Source: Octopus bimaculoides (taxonomy: Eukaryota). From it: a DNA stretch of 46,576 bases. The DNA is taken from contig NC_068993.1 of the NCBI RefSeq assembly GCF_001194135.2, forward strand, positions 12,764,101-12,810,676. Direction: 5' to 3'. Under the pieces are notes generated by a model. It worked only from the letters and a program-made list of their open reading frames with translations. It did not search any database and had not been told where the DNA came from. Below, piece by piece: positions 33,885-46,544 of this stretch. Position 1 is the first letter of the stretch. Each line of letters starts with the position of its first letter. The translations under genes were made by a program, and so were the position numbers.

Positions 33885-36309
33885 ACACACGTATGTATAT
33901 ATACGTACAAAAACATGTAGCTCGTGGTTTAATTCTGTTAATCATTGGTATGTTTGAACAGGATCAACCTTTGTGCTTAAACAACATATCCACTCGGTAA
34001 CACCAACATAGAATGTTAACCCAGTCTATCTTGCTCGTGACTGTAGCAAAGGTAACACTCCCAAGTCTGAAGTATCTTCTTAGTATGCGAATTATATGTA
34101 TACTGAACAACTTACTAAAAAAATAGGTTAACTTTAACTGTTACAATACCTTCGTACTATCACCTTAGACTTGAATAAGCTCTAAGGATTTAGAACTACG
34201 ATAACTTTACGTAGATATATTGCTAAGATTCAAAAACTAAGTCAACGTTTCTCATACATATACGTCTAAATAGAATTAGGTTAACTAGACCCCTACAGTT
34301 GTACCGACATAGATCAAGGTTAACTAGATACACCTACATGGAACTAGGTTACTAGACCGGTACTGTTCTATCTACTTAGAACTAGGTTAACAAATGCCAT
34401 ACTGCGGTGAAACTAAGAAATAAGATAATTCAGTCTATACCTTACTTTGTATGACTTTGATAAGAGTTTGGTGAGCAATATACACCTTCTAATGACAAAA
34501 TTGCACTTAGTGAACTTACACTCATTTCCTGTTATGATTACATGAAAGACGTTAAAACAGCTGATATTTTGGCTTGTTTACCACTACGTTATCGAATGTA
34601 ACATCTTCATTCTTTGTAAGGATGAACCCAATACTTCAAATGGATTTAGATGAGGGATGAAGCTATGAGCTTTCATATATTTCCCATGGAATTAACGACA
34701 TAAAGGTGCAGGATTGGTAGAATAATTAATGTCGAAGAATGTTTTGCGTAACTCGTTACGGCACTATGCCTTCTGAATTTATACAGGGGTCAATTTGCCG
34801 TTCAAAATTGTGGGTCGATGAAATAAGATAAACCCATAGATATTAAGTGACAGATATAATACCTAGTGCTATTCGCTTCGTCTCCTTTTGTCATGAGTTC
34901 GACTGTATGCACTACACTGGTATCAAGATGTATCTGTCTTGATCTTTTTTGACTTTTGAAAATATGGTTTCGTGAAGAGGGCAGGTTGGCTTCAAAGGTA
35001 ACTGAGGATCTTCCTTAGAACTTGTCCAGAAATGCGCCCTAACGCCCTGTCCAGGTACAGATAAAGGATAAATTCTGACCGTGACATAAAATAAAGAGAC
35101 ACCTAAGTAAAACAAAACCTCTTTAATTATGGTTTCATATTGAAACCGTTTTGCAAGCAACACACATAATTCGTGAGGACAAATGAACTCAACTGATGGC
35201 AGGACTGGTTGAGTGCTACTCAAAATACTTTGTCTTACATACTTAGAATACTCTCCATTCAGAGTTCACATCATATGACATGTTATACTTTAACCTTCTG
35301 TAGCAGTCTTATATATTACAGTTTGCATTGTGTGTGTATACATACATACATACACACACACACATGCATATATGGGTACAAGACGTCACCAATAGTAAAC
35401 AACATGAAATACGAAAGCAAATGAGTTCAATATATGTATATATATATTGTCTGAACATTTCACTTAACTGATCTTATTGGAGTTACCTCCCTTGAATATT
35501 TCCGATTAAAAAAAGAAACTCTCCATAGGGCTGTCTATGACATTCGTATGGATAATATTAGTTAGTGGGAGTTTTTCAAACCATTATATATTATTAGTAT
35601 GCTTTTCTATAATATATTCACTCGACCATATTTTGTATATGCTCATTCTGCCGAGTCATGAGAGATTGCCGATGCAGTCACTCGGACCAGCTAGAAATAC
35701 AAGATGAATCTTTATTTTTCTTTTTATAAAAGGTTACCAGTCATACACCAAGATTCCTTTGATAGGCTCTATCTACTGTATCCTTCTCTTACGTTTTTAT
35801 GTTGCGCTAATGTTAGATACAATTATTATATCATATTTCGTTTGTTATTTTGCTTATTATCGCTTAATCTTTTTTCTCTAAACGTCCCGTCCGCTCGTGT
35901 AATTTTCGGATCACTGCGTCCAAATCATGTCTCCAATCGTCACGAGGTTCTCCCATAATGACAGCGGAGGCCTATCATCGTTAGCTGTATACCAAGGATT
36001 GGTTTCACACCATAAATTGGTCAGTAATACGAGTAGGAAATCCAATTCAGGGTGTGAAGACCTGGAAATGATACAGCAGAACATCTTATGTAACATTCTC
36101 ACTATATCATTAGACAGATGTATTACTTAAGCAAGTACTGTATTTATCTACTGCAAAAGGATAAACGGTGAAGTTGACCAAGGCAGTATTTGAACTGAGA
36201 GCGCAGAGAACCAGAACATATTTGAAGTCATTTTAGACAACGTCTTAACCACTATGCCAATTCACCACCTAAGTTTGATATATCGACGCTCTTTTATGCA
36301 TATTAGTTT

Positions 36310-36515
36310 CAAATCTTAACACAAGGCCAGCAATTTCGGAGAAGAGCGTATGTCAATTAAACGGACCCCAGTGCTCAACTGTTGCGTATTTTATCGACTC
36401 TGAAAGGATAAAAGGCAAAGTCGATCTTGTTGGTATTTGAACTCAGAACGTAAAGAAAAACGAAATGCTGCCGAGCATTTTTGTCCGGTGTTGTAACGAT
36501 TTTGCCAGCGAACCG
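36310..36515 (-). mobile_element. SINE family A
   Basis: acacaaggccagcaatttcgg...gaaaggataaaaggcaaagtcgatc...gaactcagaacgta...aacgattttgccagc. Confidence 0.85.
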
Positions 36516-36534
36516 CCCCATAGACATATTAGCG

Positions 36535-36880
36535 AACGGAGGCGAGCGGGCAGAATCCTTAGAACGTCAGTATAGATGATTGTGCTACTTCTTCCGATAC
36601 TTGGTTTTCTGAGAATAAATCCCACCGAGATCACCCTTTGCATTCCATCCTTTCGGAGTCGATGAAATCAACTATTAGTTAAGTACTTTCGCTGATGGTA
36701 TCCACAAATTCCTTCCCTTCAAAAATTGCCGGCTGTGTGCCTTTATTAGAAACCATAAGCAGTTAAATGGCTGAATTGGTAGATGTTCTGACAATACAGC
36801 CTTTTGATATTTAATTACTTCTCTTTAAGTTCCGAGTTCAAATCCCGTCGGAACGGACTTTACCTTTCATGTCTCGTGGT
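36535..36880 (+). mobile_element. Two diverged SINE family A copies in tandem
   Basis: ggaggcgagcgggcagaatcctta...catcctttcggagtcgat, and a second body gagttcaaatcccgtcggaacggactttacctttcat. Confidence 0.65.
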
Positions 36881-37639
36881 CACTTGAAATAAAATACAGT
36901 TTCTTGCAGTCATTGAAGATTAAGCCTAAGACAGTCCTCATCGAGAAAACGTTTAATCAAAGGCGTTCCATCCGTGAACACCACATTTATCCGATACTGG
37001 GTTGGGTGGAGTCCAGAATTTACATTATCCAATACGTTTTTTTCTACGACAGTGACATGTAATTGAGAGCGATTTCCCTGTGATTTTCACTAAATCGATA
37101 CTTCGATATTCTCTCTCGATGGCTCAGCAAAGTACCAGTTTAATGCTGGGTCCACATTATTCCATGCCTCTTTTTCTAAAACAGTTGATTGTGGTTGAGG
37201 ATAATGTTACTGTTATTTCCAATAAGTCGACCAAACACGTTGACACTTTCACTAGCTCCGATAAAGTAACAAAGAAATACTGGAGACCATTTCCCTACGC
37301 TTCACCAAAATCAGATGACCAGAAACTGCCTAAGAAACCAATTGTGATTAATTCTATACAAGGGGGAACGTCAAAAGTGGTCGCTTGATTGCTGAGAAAT
37401 AGCAACCAAATCTCCCTCAAATCACACTCGTTTTAGAAAAAGCACACGGTGGGTAGTGTGTATACGAGATCTCTGCATAAGGGAAAAAATGCTGGGATGG
37501 TCACCGTTGAATACCCATGATGACGGATCTGCTGACGTGGAGTAAGGGATAAATGACACGTACTTTTGCCTTGCACGGACACAAATGGTACTACAATAGC
37601 AACATCTACTACTACTACTACTAATGATGATTATGATTT

Positions 37640-37848
37640 AAGGTTTTGGCACAAGGCCAGCAAGTTTGTGGAAGCTGATAAGCCGATTACATCGACCCCA
37701 ATGTTTCACTGGAACTTGATTTATCGACCCCGAAAGGATGAAAGGCAAAGTCAACCTCGGCGGAATTTGAAGTCAGAACGTAGCGACAGGCGAAATACCG
37801 CTAATTATTTCGTCCGGCACGCTAACGATTCTGCCAGCTCACCGCCTT
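37640..37848 (-). mobile_element. SINE family A, full length, tail type 3
   Basis: ttttggcacaaggccagc...cgaccccgaaaggatgaaaggcaaagtc...gctaacgattctgccagctcaccgcctt. Confidence 0.92.
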
Positions 37849-37857
37849 AATAATGAA

Positions 37858-37892
<35 letters not shown>

Positions 37893-38481
37893 GATAGATA
37901 GATAGATATGTTGCTACCTCTGTTGTTTGTTTTGATACCTTTGATGTAGCTAAATCAGCTGTAGCGGTGTTACACTGGACTTAAAGAGCATCAACAACAA
38001 TAATAATGATAATATTCAATTGCAGCTGCTGCTGTTGCAGCTGCTGCTGTTACTATTGTCGCTGTTGTTGTTGTTGTTTTTAACCCCGGGTCAACTTTGA
38101 TGCAGCTGAGTCCATAGTCAAAGCCAATCCGCTTCCTCACCATAAAGTCTTCTCGTCCGTATATCCAGAGACATGTAGCTTAATACTTTCACGCGTTAGT
38201 GTGTGATTGCATGAGTTAAAGGAGTTCAGCTGCTATTTCCAGCATGTCGATCGACTGCGTATAGGATCCCTTGGGAGTGGGGGGGGTGTTAACTGATGCT
38301 GCAAACGTTATTGTTACTGCTGTTACTCTACACTTTTCTCTCTCTCTTTCTCTCTCGCGCACACACACACATAATGTGCGTTGCGTTTATACGTGGATGT
38401 ATATGTGTATATATATATAGTGTGTGTAGGCTCCGGTTTATGAATGTGTGTGTGTGTGTGTGTGTATCTATCTATCTACGT

Positions 38482-38521
<40 letters not shown>

Positions 38522-38661
38522 CACACACATCTATATATATATATGAATGAATGCAAGTTGTGTGCGTGTGTTTATTCATGTATGTTTATGTGTATGTTTA
38601 AAAGCATCCGTGTGTGTGTGTGTGTGTGTGTATGCTAACTCTAAATATTGTCTCTTAATTC

Positions 38662-38699
<38 letters not shown>

Positions 38700-38770
38700 N
38701 NNNNNNNNNNNNNNNNNNNNNNNNNNNNNNNNNNNNNNNNNNNNNNNNNNNNNNNNNNNNNNNNNNNNNN

Positions 38771-38812
<42 letters not shown>

Positions 38813-39112
38813 GCTGCTGCAAAACTGCCTGCATGCCTAGAAGAGATTAGCTACCACCTCGACGTCGTCTACTACGACCGTCACTCACTGAATAGAGGCT
38901 TGTCGACATCACTGCACACTTTATTATCCACTATCATCATCATCAACCAGCATCAACAGCAGCAGCAGTACCACCACCACCAGCACCACAATCATTGCTA
39001 ACATCGGCACCATCACCATTATCATCATCTACATCAGCTGAAAAATAACATCCACCATTATCACGATCATCGGTAACATCTCTCTAATACGCTCTCTCTC
39101 TCTCCCCCTCTC

Positions 39113-39162
<50 letters not shown>

Positions 39163-39529
39163 ACACACACAGTTTCTTCCTCTTCCTTCTCCTCGCTCGT
39201 CACCACCTTTACCGTTGCAATCATCTGATGTAAAGCCGCCTCCGCCGTTACCAACACCACCAGCAACAACAGCAACAACGCCACCTCCAATCTCCACCGC
39301 CATCACCACATCAACATCAGCATCGACCACAGGAACATCTCCAAGAATCATCATCATCATCGTTGTCGTTATCGTCATCACCATCATCATCGTCGATATG
39401 ATGATTATGATCATCATCATCATCATCATCATCAACAATGTCTGTTGAACACTTCTCATCATCATCATCATCATCATAGCAAACACCAACGATTTTAACA
39501 CAACGAATATAACATTCTACACACTTTCA

Positions 39530-39546
39530 CTCTATCTCTTCTTTCA

Positions 39547-39589
<43 letters not shown>

Positions 39590-39712
39590 GTTTTTTTTCT
39601 TTTCCCTCTCTCTCTATCTCTCTATCTATTCCTTTATCTCTCTCTCTCTGTCTAACCTTCTCTCTCAATCTCTTTCGCTATCTCTCCCTCTCCCTTTCTT
39701 TCTTTCTTTTTT

Positions 39713-39744
<32 letters not shown>

Positions 39745-39988
39745 TCATTCTTTCTCTCTGTTTCTTTCCTTTCCTCTCTCTCTGTTTCTTTCCTTTCCTC
39801 TCTCTCTTTTTCTTTCTCTCTCTCTCTCTCTTTCATTCCCTAACTCTTTCATTCTCTAACTCTTTCATTCTTTCTCTCTTTCTTTCCTTTCCCCTCTCTT
39901 TTTCTTTCTCTCTCTCTCTCTCTCACTCTTTCTTTCCCTCTTTCATTCTGTCTCTTTCTTTCCTTTTCTCACTTTCTTTCTTTCTCTC

Positions 39989-40068
<80 letters not shown>
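39530..40068. repeat. Long polypyrimidine tract, (CT)n/(CTTT)n
   Basis: About 540 bp almost exclusively C/T on the + strand. Confidence 0.95.
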
Positions 40069-40070
<2 letters not shown>

Positions 40071-40107
40071 CTGCCGTCAGCTACGAACTCGTCGAGAAGC
40101 TGCTGCT

Positions 40108-40181
40108 GCAGTTGCAGCAGCAGGAGTAATACTACCGCGAGTAATAATAGTAGTAGTAGTTACTCCTGCTGCTGCAACTGC
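40108..40181. other. 74-nt hairpin with a perfect 22-bp stem
   Basis: gcagttgcagcagcaggagtaa (40108-40129) is the exact reverse complement of ttactcctgctgctgcaactgc (40160-40181). Confidence 0.9.
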
Positions 40182-40444
40182 CGCTGACGCCTCCGACACC
40201 TCACTCAAACATCAGCAACGCTCATCAGATGCATCACTACCCCTACTACTACCCCTACTATTATTACTACTACTACTGCTGCTGCTGCTGTTGTGGCTGT
40301 TACTTCCCCTGCTGCTTGAACGCTGCTGCTACTGATTAATGTGTCTGCAGCAGTTGCTGCTGTTGCTGGTGTTGTTACTATTGCTTTTACTACTACTACA
40401 ACTGTTTTGGTTTGATAGAGAACGATTGGTGTTATACGCGCAAA

Positions 40445-40452
40445 GCATGCAC

Positions 40453-40507
<55 letters not shown>

Positions 40508-40520
40508 GGTGCTTGTGTAA

Positions 40521-40554
<34 letters not shown>

Positions 40555-40917
40555 CGTGCGTGTATATATATATATGTACGTATATGAACGTGTATATATA
40601 CATACATATGAACGTGTGTATGTATATATATATATATATATATACAGGTGCTTGTGTAATATATATATATATAAACGTGCGTATGCGTGTGTATATATAT
40701 GTATGAACGTGTATATATAAATACATACATATGAATGTGTGTATGTATATATATATAAAAAGCGTGTGTGTGATATATATATATATAAACGTGCGTATAT
40801 ATGTATGTATATGTTTGTCTGTGAATATGTTTGTATATGTTTGTATATTTGTGCATATATATGTATGTATGTATGTGAACGTGTGTGTGTATATATATAT
40901 ATAAACGTAAGTATGTG

Positions 40918-40958
<41 letters not shown>

Positions 40959-41027
40959 ATATGAACGTGTGTATGTATATATATAAAAAAAGCTTGTGGT
41001 ATATATATATGAACGTGTGTGTGTGTG

Positions 41028-41068
<41 letters not shown>
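40445..41068. repeat. Compound (TA)/(TG) tract with higher-order duplication
   Basis: acaggtgcttgtgtaatatata..aaacgtgcgt..atgaacgtgt blocks recur at ~40505 and ~40645. Confidence 0.9.
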
Positions 41069-41525
41069 NNNNNNNNNNNNNNNNNNNNNNNNNNNNNNNN
41101 NNNNNNNNNNNNNNNNNNNNNNNNNNNNNNNNNNNNNNNNNNNNNNNNNNNNNNNNNNNNNNNNNNNNNNNNNNNNNNNNNNNNNNNNNNNNNNNNNNNN
41201 NNNNNNNNNNNNNNNNNNNNNNNNNNNNNNNNNNNNNNNNNNNNNNNNNNNNNNNNNNNNNNNNNNNNNNNNNNNNNNNNNNNNNNNNNNNNNNNNNNNN
41301 NNNNNNNNNNNNNNNNNNNNNNNNNNNNNNNNNNNNNNNNNNNNNNNNNNNNNNNNNNNNNNNNNNNNNNNNNNNNNNNNNNNNNNNNNNNNNNNNNNNN
41401 NNNNNNNNNNNNNNNNNNNNNNNNNNNNNNNNNNNNNNNNNNNNNNNNNNNNNNNNNNNNNNNNNNNNNNNNNNNNNNNNNNNNNNNNNNNNNNNNNNNN
41501 NNNNNNNNNNNNNNNNNNNNNNNNN

Positions 41526-41607
<82 letters not shown>

Positions 41608-41994
41608 CACACACACACATGTATGTATCAGAGGAAGACAAAGAGGTAATTGTCAAGTGTTGTCGCATGTAAAATTACAAGGTGTAAATTATTTTAATTG
41701 TTCCGATCATTGAATTGCGGCCATGCAGCGGCACTGCATGTAGTGTGTCGATAGATAGATAGATAGATAGAATGTTCCACCTACATATAGGGAGTCATTC
41801 CATTGCTATATTTCATTCTTTCACTTTTGCTTGTCGCTTTTCTTTTCTTTCACTTCGTCTTCAACACGTTTACACAACCATACGCACACACATGCATTCA
41901 CATAACACACACACACATTACGACACATACACGCACTCAAAGATATATATACATATTACAAGGCAATGTCATGGGGCAAGACTATATCCGTCAC

Positions 41995-42027
<33 letters not shown>

Positions 42028-42211
42028 ATTTATTTATCTATCTATCTATCTTTATTTATCTATCTATCTATCTATGACTATCTATCTTCGTTGAGCCCTG
42101 TGTGGCTAATAAAAGAAATGCATCTATGTCTATCTATCTATCCATCTATCCATTAGCCATCTATCTATGTCTATCTATCCATCCATACACACGCGTCAGT
42201 CTCTTTATCTG

Positions 42212-42246
<35 letters not shown>

Positions 42247-43039
42247 ACAGACTCTCTCTCTCTCTTACAGACTCTCTTTCTCTTTCTCTTACAGACTCTC
42301 TCTCTCTCTCTTTCGCGTTCTCTATCCCTTCCTTCAAATTCTCCTCACTCGTTCGCCTGCTCGCTCACTTCTTCTGTCGCTCCACTCATCGGATTTTCTG
42401 CTAGCATTCCTGCTTCCGCAACCCATCCAAAATTTTTTATTTATTTTATTCCACCTCCTACCTACCTCCCCTTCTTTCTCCCCCTCTTTATCAACTCCTT
42501 CTTCATCATCTTCTTCTAATAAAAACGACCAGCACCCCTACTACCACCACCACCCTCCACACACATCTCCGACTTCCACCTTATAAATCCTTGTTTTGCC
42601 GTCACTCCTCCGCCACTCCTCCTCCTCCAACGCCTATTTAATATTACCATTATTATTATTATCATTACTACTATTACTATTATCAGTTCCTCCTCCTTCT
42701 CCTCCCCTCGTATTCCCTTTTCGTTTCAGCCTGTTCGTTTCTGTCTTTTTTATTTTTCCCCCCCTCTCTCTCTCTCACAATATCGTTTGTGTTCTCCCCT
42801 TCGCTTTCTCTCACTACGCCTCTCGTCTCTGGCTTGCACCTTCCTCAGCAGCGCACCTTGTCCCCTCTGCCTGCCACCCAATGCAGACAGCCAGTCAGTC
42901 AGACAGCCAGGCAAGACAACACAAGGCGAGGCAATCACCGAAGCTTGTGTGTGAACTATGCTGAAAATATGTCTTCTGCATTAGTGGCCTATATTCCTGT
43001 GGAGTTTCGGTTTTGATACGTGTATATATACATAACATA

Positions 43040-43189
43040 CAGAACATAAATACATATATGTGTATATAAATATATATATAGAGAGAGAGATAACATAACT
43101 ATATATACATACGCGTGTGTATATATATATATATATAGATATAAATATATATATGCATGCAAATATATACACATATAACNNNNNNNNNN

Positions 43190-43253
<64 letters not shown>

Positions 43254-45226
43254 CGTATATGTGTATATATGTACGTATGTATATGTGTATATATATTGTA
43301 TATTTGCTACACACTAAAATAACGACAGTGTGTCCTTTTCTGTTCGGCTTGGATAAATTTGTTTCTGCCTGCTCTCTTCTACAAGTTCCTACGTCACCTT
43401 CGCAATCATCATCGTCATCGTCATTGTCATCGTCATCGTCAACACCATTTCATCGCCCTATCTACTGCTACCTTGGATATGTATAAATATATAAATATAT
43501 ATATATGAAATTATACATACATTCATCAGTTTACACGCACATCGCATTCACAACTAATCTCTCTTGACAAAACTTATACACAGTCACAAATGCACACGTG
43601 TAAACAGACACACACGTACATGCACTGACGCATTACAAAACACAAACACAGACACAGTCACACACGTACATATATATATATATACACACATACAAATATA
43701 TACACATCCGTATATACATATGCATACAGTCATACATATACACAAGTGAAACTTACACAACTACGTTACCACAAACAACACAAATATATATATATATCTA
43801 TTTATAAATATATATATATGGATATATAACATATATGAGTGTGTGTGTATATATTTTGGAATAATATACATACATGTATAACTACAAATATATAGTGCTT
43901 CTCTACAAGGAGGTTCCGTAAATATAACACGAATATATCTAAAATCAAACGAAGAAAGAGGTGAAATATTATAACATAAAAAAAAGAATATTTTTTAAAT
44001 AACATAATATATGATTGATAATTATTACGATTATTGTTATTAAACCACAAAACTAATTAACATGGAACTAATTACAGGAATAATGATTTTGCTTAAATGT
44101 CTTGATCTTGCTTTCGGTAAGTACTGTTTCAGAATTTTTTTCACATTACCACAACGTTATTGTTAATATTATTCGGATTATTATTATTATAAAGGTATTA
44201 CATATTAATGTTAGAACTTATTCTGTGAGTGCATGCGTGTGTTTGTGTTTGTGTTGTGTTGTGTTATAGTAAATTTGTTATACAGCTTCAAATTGCTTAT
44301 CTATTTATCAATATACATACCTACAGCCAGATGTGTGTGTGGGTGTGTTTGTTTATGCGTCTGTAGATTGTGCGCATGTGAGTGTATATATGAAGCTATA
44401 CGTGCATGTATGCGTGTATGTGCCTGTGTATATTAGTTTTAAGCTTACGAAGTTTGGTATAGATATTAAGACAACCAGTCTTGCACACTTTGGCACAACA
44501 CACATATATAGACACAAACATACACGCATTCACAAGCGCTCATACACACACAGATGTACACATGCTTGTGTTGGTATACACATGTATAAATATATGAATA
44601 TATAGACGTGCACACACATAGATTTGTACATGTATTGTGCGTATATCCACGAGTATGTTTGTATATGCATCTGTGCGTGTAAACACACACACACACACAG
44701 ATTGTTATTCAGACATCCATCTATGGAAACATACATACCTCAAACATAATTGTGCATACGTCTATGCATTCCTTTTCATGTATGCACAACTAAAGAGTGC
44801 CATCGGAGTAAGACGATTGTACAACACGATTTTACCTGAAAATACGTAACATGCATCTATGTCAAACATAAATATATACATTCATGCAAGTATGTGTACC
44901 TACGTATGTACATGTGTGCGTGTATATATGTGTGCGTGTATATATCGGGAGCGAAATGCACGTCTGATTTATTGCGTGTGTGTTTAATGTTTATGTGCCA
45001 ACAGAGAACATGTAATACGCTGTTTCAAAGTATACAAAATAATTTTCACAAAAATTCTTCCTCCAAAATGCATACAAACACGTATGCATGCAATTCACGC
45101 ATTCATATGCATGCATGTGTACCGGAATAAATGCACATATATAAGTTTTATCAAATGATCATGCAATACGGAAACGTACAGAAATTACAACACACACAGC
45201 ACAAAGATACACAAAAACTCGCAGCC

Positions 45227-45264
<38 letters not shown>

Positions 45265-45364
45265 ACGAATTACACACACAAACACAAAACGGCAACGCGA
45301 GATGTTGTAAAACATATTCAGTAAGACTACATATCTTATATCCACATATACGGAAATAACCGCA

Positions 45365-45416
<52 letters not shown>

Positions 45417-46544
45417 AATACATCGAAACATGGATTCGCGTTCTGTCGCTCTCGCTGTCACACACACAAGGAATTATTCCTCACTAGAATCCTTTCTGTA
45501 TACTTCTCCACAAATGTTTCTCTCTATCACACTTATACCCCCTTACATAAACTTCACACGCACTAAATTAGTTACTGTGTATATATATATATATATATTA
45601 TATATATAAACATCGCTTGTAAATTTGTTACAGAAATAGTGAAGATAATTCTCACTCTGGTGTGTTTGTATATGTCGGTATGTACATATATATATAGTCA
45701 ATGATTCATGCTGTAATAGAAATAACAATACTGAACATTATTTGTGTTATCTTTTTATAGCTGACAACAATAAATTTAGATATACGTATCCATGTGTGTG
45801 TATGTAAATACGTGTTGTGAGAAAAATATATACGTACACGCAAAATGATAGTTGGTTCATAGAGCTATATAACTTCGTCTATCTAGCTATCTCAGTGTGT
45901 ATGTATACGTGTGTGCATATGTGTATATATATATATGTATATATGTGTATATATATATGTATATATGTGTATATATATATATATAAATATATATACATAA
46001 ATATATATATACATACATGTGTGTCTGTGTACGCATGCATGTATAGATAGAAAGGGTATAAGATCGAGCTGTCAATAAATTTATAAATTACTTCCATCTT
46101 GCGATTCTTGTATACACACACACACACACACACAAACCTCATCATCATGAACATTATCGAAGAAATCACCCTACAATGTAAACAATCCAGGTGTGTAGAG
46201 AATTTGATAAAAGCCATAGAGTCAGTAACGATTTCGTTTTGTTATAAGCTGAAATATTCATATATTAACAGCGAAGTAATAAGTTTTAAGTCTTACCGAC
46301 TTTGGAAAAATCAATTATCTATTTCTCAATCAATCATTATTTAAATACTTACAATATTTTGCTTATTTTCTTATAATGTTTCAATAAGTATTGATAAAAT
46401 ATATTTATTGATACAAAGATGTACAATGCGTATGGCCATTCATCTATGCATGTTTGCGTGCATGTATGCAGGTAGTGTTCCAGGTGCAAATACGAGCTTC
46501 TGCGAAATATAAGCAGGTAGATATTAGGAAAAACCTAAGTTATG

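Noticed and set aside
34271-34395. CRISPR array
   Set aside because: Only four short degenerate repeats, uneven 9-19-nt spacers, no cas genes, animal genomic context.
34912-35223. 103-aa minus ORF
   Set aside because: Non-ATG start, no convincing donor, conflicting splice signals on both strands, no recognisable motif.
37080-37388. 102-aa + ORF and internal 81-nt exon-like segment (LIVVEDNV...SSDK)
   Set aside because: TTG/GTG-type start, no recognisable homology, flanked by old repeat fragments; chance expectation is not negligible.
40205-41713. 487-, 429- and 324-aa ORFs
   Set aside because: YI/HT/CV dinucleotide artefacts read through N gaps.
42690-43010. Possible promoter or 5' UTR exon
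   Set aside because: GC-richer but partly (CAGT/CAGA) repeat; no consistent splice pair or core-promoter motif.
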